Shown piece after piece: positions 48,864 to 58,740 of a stretch of 64,000 nucleotides of DNA. This DNA comes from Bacteriovoracia bacterium. Lineage in GTDB: Bacteria > Bdellovibrionota > UBA1018 > JBFWNL01. The notes under the pieces are model-generated. The model made no database searches and was not told the origin of the DNA. It was given only the letters and a program-made list of their open reading frames with translations. The position numbers and the translations under genes are program-made. Positions within the stretch are counted from its first letter, which is position 1; each line of letters starts with the position of its first letter. The stretch covers positions 427,825 to 491,824 of the forward strand of contig JBFWNL010000001.1 of assembly GCA_050251055.1 (NCBI GenBank), in the 5' to 3' direction.

Positions 48864-51800
48864 TTAATGCGTCGCATTAGAGCCAGGTCCCTCTCCCTCC
48901 AGCTCGCGATCACTCCGTACGATTTCTTCCTGCATCTGTACGTCGGTGATGGGCTGGCGGCGGAAGATTCGATTTACGATGCCCTTAGCCCAGATCCGGT
49001 AGCGATCAATGTAAGAAAACGCCGCCGGAATCACGACCAAACTCAGAAAGGTCGACGTGACCAGACCCCCGATAATCGAAACGCCCATGCTGGTCCGCTG
49101 CTTGGAGGCTTCGTTCAAGCCGATCGCCACCGGGATCATCCCCGCGATGAGCGCAAACGAGGTCATCAAAATCGGCCGCAAACGGGTTTTGCCCGCTTCA
49201 AGCAGAGCGTCCCGGCGATTCATCCCGCCCCGTAGATTCTGGTTCGCGCGGTCGACGATCAAGATCGAGTTCTTGGTCGCGATCCCGAGCAGCATCACGC
49301 AGCCGATCATCGAAAAGATATCAAGCGACTTACCCGTGAGGAAAAGCGCGTAGAAAACACCGCAGGCGGCGAGCGGGATCACGAGCATGATCGTAAACGG
49401 CGTCACGAAGGACTCGTAGAGGCTCGCCAGCACTAGATAGATAAAGAACACCGCCAGCACCACCGCGAGCAGCATGTTCGCGATCAGATCCTGGAAGTCT
49501 TCCGATTGGCCCATGAACTTGTAGCGAACGCCGTCCGGCAGCTTAAACTCGGGATCCTTCTCCACGAGACGCTTCACCTCATCCATCGCTGCGCCCATGC
49601 CGGGCCCCGTGGCGGAAATGTCGGCGCTCACCTGCACGTACCGTCCGCGATCCTGCCGGTAGATCGTGGCCGGGCTGACCGTTTCCACTCCCTTGGCCAC
49701 ATTGGTAAGCTTGATCATCGTGCCGTTGATGTTCGGCACGCTGGTCAGCGGAAAAGACTCCTTGAGATTGCGCTGATCTTCCTGGAGACGCACGCGGATA
49801 TCGTATTCCCGGCCCTTCTCGCGGAATACCGCCGGCACTGCGCCCTCGATCTGCGTGCGCAGCTCCACCCCCAAAGTCACGGTGGAAACGCCCAGCGACT
49901 GCGCGGCGACCTCATCGATCGTGACCTGGAACTCGGGCTTGCCCGGGCGCGAGCTCACGTCCACGTCTTTGAGGGCCGGATGATCCTTGATCTTCGCGTG
50001 GATCTTGCGGGCATACTCCTCGAGCTTCACGAGATCGTTACCCAAGAAAATAACCGTGAAGGGACGGATGCCGCCCCCGATGTCGTCGACGTCCTTCACG
50101 ATGGGATTGGCGTGCGCGTGCTCTTTGAGCTGCTCGCGCAGGCGGTCCTTAAACTGGGAGGTGTTCACGTCGCGTTTTTTTCGCGGTACAAGCTCCACGA
50201 AGAAATCAGCCACGTTCGGCTCGCCGTCGCGATTACCGATCGTCAGCACGGTCTTATCCACTTCCGGATTCCGGCGGATGCGCTCATCCACCGCGCGCGC
50301 CACCTCGCTCATCCGCTCGATACTGGTGCCCGGAGGCAAATCAAGCGCGACGGCGAACTGACCAAAGTCTTGCGGCGGTAGAAACGTCTTGGTGATACGG
50401 CTAGTGAGGCCAACGCCAAACATGAAGACACCCAAGGCGATGCCCAGGACCACCAACGGACGACGAAGGGTGAACTCAAGGACTCTGCCGTAGTACCCCG
50501 TAATCTTGCGTTCTAAGTAGTTGAAGCAACCGAGCACGGCGCCCATCGCCTTCTCGAGGACGCCGCGCACGCCCTTCGGAGGCCCTTTGCGCGAGTCGTG
50601 CGCTCCGGCAGCGAAGTACGCCGAGAGCATCGGCGCGATCGTGAGCGCGTCGAACAAGCTGATCATCATCGCAAAGCAAACGGTCAGTCCGAATTCCTTG
50701 AAAAACTGCCCCACCATCCCCTTCAGGAACGCCACCGGCCCGAAGACCGCGATCACGGTTAGCGTCGTCGCGATGACCGCCAGCGTGACCTCGCGCGTGC
50801 CGGTCAGCGAAGCCTCCACCGGTCCTTTTCCCAGCTCGCGATAACGAAAGATGTTCTCGCGCACGACGATGGCGTCGTCGATCAATAGCCCCACGGCCAG
50901 ACTCAGCGCCAGCAGGGTCATGACATTGATGGAAAACCCGAAGAGCGCCATGAGGATGAACGCGCCCAGCAAGGAGTTTGGCAACGCGAGCCCAGTGATG
51001 ATCGTGGAACGCACGTTCCCCAAAAAGAAGAACACGACCAGGATCGTGAGCACGATCCCAATGAAGATCGTCTCCTCGACGTCCTTCACGTTCTCGAGGA
51101 TATACTTCGACATGTCGCGGATAAGCTTAATTTGTGGCTTGCCCGGCTCGGCCTGCAAGGATTGGTTAATCTTCGCCAAACGCTTTTTAACGCCTTCGGC
51201 GACCGCGATCGTATTCGCACCCGATTGACGGAACACCAAGATCGACACCGATTTCTGCCCGTTCACGAACGCGCGCGACTTCTCGTCCTCCAGGGAGTCG
51301 ATCACCGTACCCAGTTGACCAACGGTCACGGGCACGTCGTTACCGACGAAGTTCACGATCGTCGCCTTGATGTGTTCGAGCGAGCGGAACTCCCCTAGGG
51401 AGCGAAACAGCGTTTCGTTAGCGCCCCGCGAGACCTTGCCCACGGGTACGTTTTGACCGGCCGCGGAAATACGGGCCGAGACCACGCTCGCGGGGATCTC
51501 CCGCCGGGAAAGCTTGTTGCGGTCCAGCTCCACGCGAATCTCGCGCTTGCGGCCCCCGATGATTTCCACCAAACCGATCTGCTCGACCTGCTCGATCTGC
51601 GGCTTGATCACCTCGTTGGCGACGTCATAAAGCTCGGCCTCGGACAACTCCCCCGAAACGGCGAGGACTAGCACCGGTTGATCCGACGGATCCAGGCGCC
51701 GAATGATAGGCTCCTTGATTTCCGCGGGAAGCTTGCGCTTGGCCGTGGAAACACGGTCGCGGATTTGTTGCTCAGCGTATTTTACGTCGGTCTCGAGGAA

Positions 51801-52085
51801 GAACTCGGCAACGACGGTCACGATCCCTTCTTTATTGATCGAGCGCACCGACTTGATGCCGGAGAGGGTACTTACCTCTTCTTCGAGCACCTTGGCGACT
51901 AGCGTCTCCATTTCAATCGGGCCGGCCCCCGGATAGGGCACCGTAACCGTCACGACCGGCAAATTTACTTTAGGAAAGAGATCGACGGCTAATCCGCGCA
52001 CCGAAAGATATCCGATGGCGAGCATGAGCAGCACGACGCAGGTGATGAAAGCGGGGCGACGAATCGACAATAGCGCGAGGTTCAT
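48864..52085 (-). CDS. RND efflux transporter permease (AcrB/AcrD/AcrF family)
   Basis: GLLIDDAIVVREN, LASLYES, GIATKNSILIVD, RLRPILMT. Confidence 0.95.
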   Translation of the reverse strand: MNLALLSIRRPAFITCVVLLMLAIGYLSVRGLAVDLFPKVNLPVVTVTVPYPGAGPIEMETLVAKVLEEEVSTLSGIKSVRSINKEGIVTVVAEFFLETDVKYAEQQIRDRVSTAKRKLPAEIKEPIIRRLDPSDQPVLVLAVSGELSEAELYDVANEVIKPQIEQVEQIGLVEIIGGRKREIRVELDRNKLSRREIPASVVSARISAAGQNVPVGKVSRGANETLFRSLGEFRSLEHIKATIVNFVGNDVPVTVGQLGTVIDSLEDEKSRAFVNGQKSVSILVFRQSGANTIAVAEGVKKRLAKINQSLQAEPGKPQIKLIRDMSKYILENVKDVEETIFIGIVLTILVVFFFLGNVRSTIITGLALPNSLLGAFILMALFGFSINVMTLLALSLAVGLLIDDAIVVRENIFRYRELGKGPVEASLTGTREVTLAVIATTLTVIAVFGPVAFLKGMVGQFFKEFGLTVCFAMMISLFDALTIAPMLSAYFAAGAHDSRKGPPKGVRGVLEKAMGAVLGCFNYLERKITGYYGRVLEFTLRRPLVVLGIALGVFMFGVGLTSRITKTFLPPQDFGQFAVALDLPPGTSIERMSEVARAVDERIRRNPEVDKTVLTIGNRDGEPNVADFFVELVPRKKRDVNTSQFKDRLREQLKEHAHANPIVKDVDDIGGGIRPFTVIFLGNDLVKLEEYARKIHAKIKDHPALKDVDVSSRPGKPEFQVTIDEVAAQSLGVSTVTLGVELRTQIEGAVPAVFREKGREYDIRVRLQEDQRNLKESFPLTSVPNINGTMIKLTNVAKGVETVSPATIYRQDRGRYVQVSADISATGPGMGAAMDEVKRLVEKDPEFKLPDGVRYKFMGQSEDFQDLIANMLLAVVLAVFFIYLVLASLYESFVTPFTIMLVIPLAACGVFYALFLTGKSLDIFSMIGCVMLLGIATKNSILIVDRANQNLRGGMNRRDALLEAGKTRLRPILMTSFALIAGMIPVAIGLNEASKQRTSMGVSIIGGLVTSTFLSLVVIPAAFSYIDRYRIWAKGIVNRIFRRQPITDVQMQEEIVRSDRELEGEGPGSNATH

Positions 52086-52159
52086 GGTAGGGCTCCCGAG
52101 CCCCTATTTTAAGCTCAGAGCGTTGAAATAACACCGGAAAAAGATCTTAACTGGCACGT

Positions 52160-53269
52160 CTAAGAAATCGACTCGCGCCTTAGCTGCCAGAGCCCTTGCA
52201 CGAGCCCTACCGCGTAGGAAATATCGAGCACCGGCTGCAGCGCGAAGAACGCCACGAACTCACTGAACGTCAAAGGAATCGCGCTGAAGTGGCGCGCAAA
52301 GACGGCTAGCTTCACGAAGAATACTAAGATCAACGGCAGTACCCAGCTGCCGAAGCCCGCGTGGGAGAAAAATTGAAGCGCCGACCAAAGATATACAAAA
52401 GTTGAAAACACCTGCGATACCCGTAGCATACTACGAATCTGTCGATTACTACCTGCAAGGCTACCGGCGACGCCCGCCAGCGTGTTCCGATGCTTCAAAA
52501 GAATATAAGGATGCGCACGGCCGAAGAGGCGCTGATGCTTCACGAGTTTATAGAGAGAATCCTGATCGCTGGATACCGACAGGTAATAAGGTAACTTAGG
52601 TGCCTGATAAACTTCGTAACCGGCCTCCCGCAGTTGCGCGGCCATGATCTGGTCCTCACCGGCCAAACGTAGCGTCGTATTGTAGTAGCCCACCGCTTTC
52701 AGCGCTTCGACCCGGAATCCGTCGCAACGACTCTCGGCAAAGCCCACCGGTACGAGCTCGTCATCGTCCGAACCCACACTCGCGGCGGATCGTCCGGCCG
52801 GAAAGATATCCATTAGGTTGGCGATCAAATTCACCTTCTCGGAAAACGGCAAACCACCGGGCTTGGCCGGAATCGTGGGTTGCCCGGTGATCATCGCGGC
52901 CCGCGGATTTTTTTCCAAATGCTCGAGCATCTTCCCCACGTAATCCGGTCGACCGAAAAGCACGTCGCAATGGCAGGTGAGCGCAAAGGGCGTCTTCACC
53001 ATCTGAAACGCTTTGTTGAGTGCGCCCGAGATCCCCATGTTTTGCGCGTTTACCTCGAGCTTGATGTGCGAGGGCGAGCCCGCACGCGCGAGCGCCTCTC
53101 GAATCGCCTGGTCGGTTCCATCACGCGAGCCATTGTCCATGAAAAGCACGTCCAGCCATTCGGACGCGTCGCGGTGATTCGGATGGCGTTGTTTCAAAAT
53201 CGCGTCGACCAATCCCGGTACATACTGGGCGTCGTTGTAGATCAGGAAAATGACCGTAATTTTTGCCAT
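52160..53269 (-). CDS. Glycosyltransferase family 2 with C-terminal TM helices
   Basis: IYND, MDNGSRDGT, NMGISGALN, HCD, AGED, QRLFG. Confidence 0.85.
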   Translation of the reverse strand: MAKITVIFLIYNDAQYVPGLVDAILKQRHPNHRDASEWLDVLFMDNGSRDGTDQAIREALARAGSPSHIKLEVNAQNMGISGALNKAFQMVKTPFALTCHCDVLFGRPDYVGKMLEHLEKNPRAAMITGQPTIPAKPGGLPFSEKVNLIANLMDIFPAGRSAASVGSDDDELVPVGFAESRCDGFRVEALKAVGYYNTTLRLAGEDQIMAAQLREAGYEVYQAPKLPYYLSVSSDQDSLYKLVKHQRLFGRAHPYILLKHRNTLAGVAGSLAGSNRQIRSMLRVSQVFSTFVYLWSALQFFSHAGFGSWVLPLILVFFVKLAVFARHFSAIPLTFSEFVAFFALQPVLDISYAVGLVQGLWQLRRESIS

Positions 53270-53334
53270 GCTGGGGGCCAAAACTATCGTAATTGCGGCT
53301 AGATTCCAAGTCGGTTCTGCTTTAAGTTAATGGG

Positions 53335-55233
53335 ATGATTCTGTTTTTTCGGAGGCTGGAAACTTGGGCGGGGCGCCATGCCCGGCTCTTGGGGGCATTG
53401 GTTTTGGCCCTGTACTGGCTTTCCACACAACCCGCGGGGCGGAGCTACACGGAAGACTTCTGCTACGAAACCAGCATGCGGGTCATGGCCGAGAATCTCG
53501 AGAAAACCGGCCGACCTGACTTCACCACCGACCTGTACATGACCCATAGCCGGGCTCCGGAGCGCACGCCGGTCCCGTTCTTCTCCTGGTCGATCGAGCG
53601 CGACTGGTGGTGGTCCTATGTTTGGAAGTGGAACCCCGCCTTTCCCATCCTCTGGGTTTACTTCGCCCTTTCGCTCGCGCTGGCCTACGGTTTCGTCGGC
53701 TGGGTACTGCGCCAAATGGGTTTTCGACCTTCGCAAGCCTGGCTGCTCGCGCTCGTGGTCACCCTCTTTCACGTCCCCCGACACTTCAAGATTTGGCACC
53801 ACTACGAGTACATGGCCCAGCATTGGCTTTACCTCAGCTTTTTCATCGATGCCCTGATCTGGCATCGCCTGGTACGGGAGAACCGCTGGTCGCTGAATCT
53901 CGAAGCTTGGCGGGGGTTCTTTCAGATCGCGGTGCTGGGAGCGCCCGGATACTACTGGGGCCCCACCCTGCTCGAGTGGATCATCGTTCGCGCCTGCTTC
54001 GCCGCTTTTTTCCTCTACCATCGCTTCCGCAAAGCGAGCCCCGTCCTGCTGATCGAATACCGCCTGCGCTCCCTGGCGCTACCCGCCCTACTCACGGGGC
54101 TTTGGGCGTGGATGGTTCTACTTTGGTTCCCCCCCTGGCTCGCCGAGATGCAAAAGCTCGGCACGGTCGCCCAGTGGATGGACTGGTTCGCGCGTTTCCA
54201 CTTCGTGATCCGCCCGCTCTGGCTCGATTACTTCCAGTGGCTCCTCCCCTGGAAGCTGCCCTCGATCGATACGCCCGAGACCGTCGTCACCATCGGCTGG
54301 TTCTACTGGATCCCTGCCCTGCTGGGATTGTGGCTCGTCCGTAAACGAAAGGACGGGCGTGGAATGATCGCCGTCCTGCCCTTCCTAATCTTACTTGTGG
54401 TTGCCCTGCTTTACATGAGCAAGGGCCGAATGGGTCATAACATCCATGTCGCTACTCACTTCATTGCGCCGTTCATGAAGTTTTTCCGCGTCGCTAGCCG
54501 TTGGGGCCAGTTCCTGCCGCAAATCGTATTCATTCTCGTGATCCTGGCCTGGCCCGAGCTCTCGCGCTGGTTTCGGGCCCATGCTCCGAAGCTGCGGACG
54601 CCCGCGCTCGTTTTCCTCGCTTTTTCGCTGCTCGAGATGACTTGGCTCCTGAAGCCCGTGACGGGACTCCCCGCGCTCGATCCCAGCACGGCCACGCTGC
54701 TCGCCGATCTGCGTAACGCCCCGGGGGACACCGTGCTCGACTTGCCGTTCTGCGTGGCCGGGGGAAACGGCGTCTGCACCGAGGCCCAATGCCCGAATTA
54801 TCCGCGATCGATGGTTGCCGCCTGTTTCGGGAACTGGCATGGCAAGAAAGCTTATGGGCTCTTCCAAGCCCGCCTCGTTCAATCGCAGTGCAGCTACTAC
54901 GACGAAGCACCCTTCACGAGCTGGTTTAATGCATGGAGACAGCAGCGCTGCCTTACTCCTCCCGAGTGGAAGGATTTTTGCGGCTATCTCGATCGCTACT
55001 CCGATCTGAGCGCCGTGCTCGTCTACCCCACCATCTGGACCGGCGCGGGAAGCCCGGAGTGCCGCGCGGAGTTCGCCGCACACCTGGGACCTCCGGTCCA
55101 ATCAGGAAAGTTTTATCTGGAAGCGCCGAAGCGGGATGCCCAGGGAAGACTCCCCCCGCCGGGCGATGAACTGCTACGATACGCGCCGAAATGCCGGAAC
55201 GCGAGTTCGAACACGCCGCCTAAATCTTCCTAA
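53335..55233 (+). CDS. Polytopic membrane protein, GT-C-like, with Cys-rich periplasmic C-terminal domain
   Basis: TM1 followed by an acidic loop (TEDFCYE), about 10 further TMs, FRV.SRW and VLDLP motifs; located inside a sugar cluster. Confidence 0.6.
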   Translation: MILFFRRLETWAGRHARLLGALVLALYWLSTQPAGRSYTEDFCYETSMRVMAENLEKTGRPDFTTDLYMTHSRAPERTPVPFFSWSIERDWWWSYVWKWNPAFPILWVYFALSLALAYGFVGWVLRQMGFRPSQAWLLALVVTLFHVPRHFKIWHHYEYMAQHWLYLSFFIDALIWHRLVRENRWSLNLEAWRGFFQIAVLGAPGYYWGPTLLEWIIVRACFAAFFLYHRFRKASPVLLIEYRLRSLALPALLTGLWAWMVLLWFPPWLAEMQKLGTVAQWMDWFARFHFVIRPLWLDYFQWLLPWKLPSIDTPETVVTIGWFYWIPALLGLWLVRKRKDGRGMIAVLPFLILLVVALLYMSKGRMGHNIHVATHFIAPFMKFFRVASRWGQFLPQIVFILVILAWPELSRWFRAHAPKLRTPALVFLAFSLLEMTWLLKPVTGLPALDPSTATLLADLRNAPGDTVLDLPFCVAGGNGVCTEAQCPNYPRSMVAACFGNWHGKKAYGLFQARLVQSQCSYYDEAPFTSWFNAWRQQRCLTPPEWKDFCGYLDRYSDLSAVLVYPTIWTGAGSPECRAEFAAHLGPPVQSGKFYLEAPKRDAQGRLPPPGDELLRYAPKCRNASSNTPPKSS

Positions 55234-56089
55234 GCCAATAGGCGCGGCTGCCTCCCGGAAAGATCCGCGAGAAAATCACGCCCAACGGCAGGGCGAGCAG
55301 AAAGAGCGGAAAACGAAAACGCCCCCGCCAGACCGCCAGGCTGCCCGCGAATCCATTGGGAAACGCGACGTTTTTCGCGCGCTCAATCGTGAATCCATGC
55401 GCGCCCGCGAGCCAGGCCAAGCTACGATCGTCGGGAAAGCTAATATGCCGGGGCGAATCGAGATTGTGCCAGCGCGGTCCAAACAACCGACGCTCCAACG
55501 AATCAAAGTGAGGGACCACGAAATAGAAACCGCCGCCACGCTTTAGAAGCTCATGCACCCGGAGAAACGTGCCAGGCAGATCGGTCACGTGCTCCAGCAC
55601 GTAGTGCAAAGTCACCCAATCCGCACGGCCTTCCCACCGGTTCCGCAATACCTGGGGATCCGATTCGACGGGCACCCCCAAGGCCTGGGTAAGCGCGCGG
55701 GCTTGGGCGGGCGACAGCTCGAAGCCGCCGAGCACGAGCTCGGGCTGCCGACGACGAATCCAGGCGAGAAAGCTTCCGTCCCCGCAGCCAAAATCGATGA
55801 CCGTAGGTGCCGAAGCCGACGGACCGGACAAACGGGGCGGACGGAAATAAACGCGCCCCATGAGCAGCCAACGCATGAAATCGTAGAGCGGTGACTTACG
55901 CTGGTGGATGGGATAGGCGTCGTAAAAAGCGGGAATCTTCTCGGCGGGAGGGAGCGGATGCTGCTGCACCAGCGAACACTTGGCGCACCGAAAGTAATCC
56001 GCCCGATAATCCTTGCCCAGGTAGTAATCCACGCATCCCCGGTAAATGAGCGTAGAATCTGCGCCCCCGCAAGCCATGCACTTAAACAT
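55220..56089 (-). CDS. Class I SAM methyltransferase with N-terminal Zn ribbon (candidate sugar O-methyltransferase)
   Basis: CMAC...CAKC, IDFGCGDG, VLEHV.D, VVPH, W..LD.PRH. Confidence 0.8.
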   Translation of the reverse strand: MFKCMACGGADSTLIYRGCVDYYLGKDYRADYFRCAKCSLVQQHPLPPAEKIPAFYDAYPIHQRKSPLYDFMRWLLMGRVYFRPPRLSGPSASAPTVIDFGCGDGSFLAWIRRRQPELVLGGFELSPAQARALTQALGVPVESDPQVLRNRWEGRADWVTLHYVLEHVTDLPGTFLRVHELLKRGGGFYFVVPHFDSLERRLFGPRWHNLDSPRHISFPDDRSLAWLAGAHGFTIERAKNVAFPNGFAGSLAVWRGRFRFPLFLLALPLGVIFSRIFPGGSRAYWLRKI

Positions 56090-56978
56090 GCGCGCCCGCC
56101 TGCGTCTGCCACCACTGCCACGTCTCCCGCAGCCCCTCCGCCAAGCGGAAACGCGGATGGACCTTCAGCTCCTCGCGCATTCGTGTCACGTCGGCCACCA
56201 GGTAAGGAGGATCCTGCGCCGGCACGGGTTTGGCACCGATATGGAGAAGCTCGGGACGGCCCGTCACCCGGCCAATTTCCTCAAGCACTTCACGCAAGCT
56301 GACCGCCACGCCACTCGCCAAATTCACCGCGCCCGATACATCGCTATCGAGCAGCGCGGAGAACGCTTCGCCTAAGTCGCTCACGTGGATGAAATCCCTG
56401 ACCTGGGTGCCCGCCGTGAATTCCGCGGGAAGCCCCTGCAACGTACGCGCGAATGCATGCGCCACCAACCGCGCCGGGTTTTCGCCCGGACCGTAGAGCC
56501 AAAACACTCGGCCCCAGACGACCGTAACGCCGCTGTCCCGGGCGTCACCCACTAGCGCTTCGCGCAGTTCATGCTTACATTGCCCATAGAAATTTCCGGG
56601 CCGCAGGGGGGCAGACTCGGTGAGCGGTCGAGACTGAATCGATCCCCAATCATACTCCGCGACCGTACCGGCGGCGACGAAACGGCTGTGCCCTGAACGC
56701 GCCACCCTACGGAAGTCCGCGAAAAATTCGCGTCCCATGCGTACCCAGTCCGCGTTCACCGGTGCCGACCAAAACTTACCATGCTCGGTGTACCACGCCA
56801 GGTGCAGCACGTGGTCCGGACGATGGCGCGCCAACCACTCCCGCCGCGCTCCCTCATCAAAGAGATCGAATTCAACGGGAAGCACCCGGTAGCCCCGGGC
56901 GCGCAAGGCACGCTCGACAAAACGGCCGATAAAGCCGCTCGCTCCCGTCAACATCACGCTTCCCCGCTCGAAACTCAT
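56082..56978 (-). CDS. NAD-dependent epimerase/4-ketoreductase (SDR)
   Basis: TGASGFIG, HLAW, GTVAEY, YGQCK, RDFIHV.D. Confidence 0.88.
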   Translation of the reverse strand: MSFERGSVMLTGASGFIGRFVERALRARGYRVLPVEFDLFDEGARREWLARHRPDHVLHLAWYTEHGKFWSAPVNADWVRMGREFFADFRRVARSGHSRFVAAGTVAEYDWGSIQSRPLTESAPLRPGNFYGQCKHELREALVGDARDSGVTVVWGRVFWLYGPGENPARLVAHAFARTLQGLPAEFTAGTQVRDFIHVSDLGEAFSALLDSDVSGAVNLASGVAVSLREVLEEIGRVTGRPELLHIGAKPVPAQDPPYLVADVTRMREELKVHPRFRLAEGLRETWQWWQTQAGAHV

Positions 56979-57493
56979 TCGAACTGCGCGAATCCTTGGT
57001 CGCGCTCGGAAAGCTCCGGATTGGGCAGAGGCCAGCGCACGCCGAAGGCCGGGTCATTCCACCGCACGCCACCGGCGCGCTCCGGCTGGAAAAAATCGGT
57101 CATCTGATAGAACACTTCCGACTCGTCGACCAGGGTCTGAAAACCGTGGGCGAATCCAGGCGGAATATAGAATGCATGGTGATTGTCCTGGGACAGCTCC
57201 AACCCGTGCCATTTTCGGAAAGTCGGTGAATCGCGACGCAAGTCGATCGCCACGTCGAAGACCCGACCCCGCGTACAGCGCACGAGCTTCCCCTCGCCCG
57301 CTTGAAAATGCATGCCCCTTAGGATTCCGCGACGGACGTTGTAGGAAACGTTACATTGCACAAAACGATCCGGTAGACCCGCGGCCGTGAACTCCCGTTC
57401 ACAGAAACTGCGGGCGAAAAACCCCCGGCTGTCCTCCAGACGGGCGGGCTTCACCACGACCAGACCGGCCAGGGAGGTTTTCTCGAAGATCAT
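56975..57493 (-). CDS. rfbC: NDP-4-keto-6-deoxyhexose 3,5-epimerase (RmlC family)
   Basis: DSRGFF.R, GILRGMHFQ, KLVRC..G.VFDVA.DLR..SPTF, P.GFAHGFQ, RWNDP. Confidence 0.9.
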   Translation of the reverse strand: MIFEKTSLAGLVVVKPARLEDSRGFFARSFCEREFTAAGLPDRFVQCNVSYNVRRGILRGMHFQAGEGKLVRCTRGRVFDVAIDLRRDSPTFRKWHGLELSQDNHHAFYIPPGFAHGFQTLVDESEVFYQMTDFFQPERAGGVRWNDPAFGVRWPLPNPELSERDQGFAQFE

Positions 57494-58740
57494 GAGAAAA
57501 CTTTCACCTCGGGGATGGGAACCACGAATTGGCCTCCCCATTCGGAGATGAATTTGACCTGACCGGCGATCTCCTCCCGCAGGTTCCACGGCAAGATCAG
57601 CACGTAGTCCGGGCGCGTCTCGCGGATTCGGTCAGGACTACAGATGGGAATGTGGGTGCCGGGCAGGTAGAGGCCCTGCTTATGCGGGCTGCGATCCACG
57701 ACGTAGTCAATCATGTCCGTACGCACGCCACAGTAGTTCAAGAGCGTGTTTCCCTTGGCGGCCGCGCCGTAGCCGACGATCTTCTTTCCTTCGTCCTTGG
57801 CCCGCACGAGAAACTCCAAAAGCTTACGCTTCGTACGCTTCACCTGTTCGGAGAACGCGCGATAGGCGGCGAAATCGCCCAGGCCGGAGCGCAGCTCGGC
57901 ATCGCGCAGCTTGCCCACGGCCGCCGTGACCGGCCGTTCGGGGACGCCCGCGGGCGGAGACGCGTGCCGCGCGAAAATCCGCAGGGAGCCGCCGTGGGTA
58001 GGCAACTCTTCGACGTCGAAAATCGTCAGACCATGGTGGGCGAAAACCTTCTCCACCGTCAGCAGGGAAAAATACGAAAAATGCTCATGATAAATCGTAT
58101 CGAACTGATTCTGTTCCATGAGGCGCAAAAGATGCGGAAACTCCATGGTGATCACGCCGTTCGGCTTGAGGAGGACCTGCATTCCGCGTACGAAACCGTT
58201 GAGGTCCGGGACGTGAGCAAGCACGTTGTTACCCAGCAGAAGATCCGCCGCGTAGCCCTTGCCCTTGAGATGCTTGGCCGTCTCCGCGCCGAAAAACATC
58301 ACTTCGGTCGGAATGCCTTTTTCGACCGCGACCCGGGCGACATTCTCCGCCGGCTCCACGCCCAAGACCGGCACTCCCCGCTGCTTGAAGTATTGCAGCA
58401 GATAACCGTCGTTACTCGCGAGTTCCACGACTTGGGATCCCGCCCCCAAACCCCAGAGCTCCGTCATTTTCTTGCAGTAGGCTTCCGCGTGCTTCAGCCA
58501 GCTATCCGAAAAAGACGAGAAGTAAGCATAATCGGAAAAAATGCGCTGTGGGCTTTCAAACTCCTCGAGTTGGACGAGCCAGCACTTACCGCAAACAAAC
58601 GCGTGCAACGGGAAGAACGCCTCCATCTCCCGTAGCCGCCCGGGGCGAAGGTAAGCATTGGAAAGCGGCGACATTCCCAAATCCGCGAAAGTTTCCTGCA
58701 GCGGTGACTGGCAAAAACGGCATTGCGCGTGTTTCATCAT
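57490..58740 (-). CDS. NDP-hexose 3-C-methyltransferase
   Basis: CRFC...CGKC Zn site, YAYFSS, E.ASNDG.LL, NVLAHVPD, FDTIYHEH, THGGS.R, GYGAAAKG, ILPWN. Confidence 0.9.
   Translation of the reverse strand: MMKHAQCRFCQSPLQETFADLGMSPLSNAYLRPGRLREMEAFFPLHAFVCGKCWLVQLEEFESPQRIFSDYAYFSSFSDSWLKHAEAYCKKMTELWGLGAGSQVVELASNDGYLLQYFKQRGVPVLGVEPAENVARVAVEKGIPTEVMFFGAETAKHLKGKGYAADLLLGNNVLAHVPDLNGFVRGMQVLLKPNGVITMEFPHLLRLMEQNQFDTIYHEHFSYFSLLTVEKVFAHHGLTIFDVEELPTHGGSLRIFARHASPPAGVPERPVTAAVGKLRDAELRSGLGDFAAYRAFSEQVKRTKRKLLEFLVRAKDEGKKIVGYGAAAKGNTLLNYCGVRTDMIDYVVDRSPHKQGLYLPGTHIPICSPDRIRETRPDYVLILPWNLREEIAGQVKFISEWGGQFVVPIPEVKVFS

Noticed and set aside
48864-52085. RND pump without adjacent MFP/TolC as a novel system or sugar exporter
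   Set aside because: Orphan RND permeases are common and nothing in the sequence ties it to the glycosylation genes
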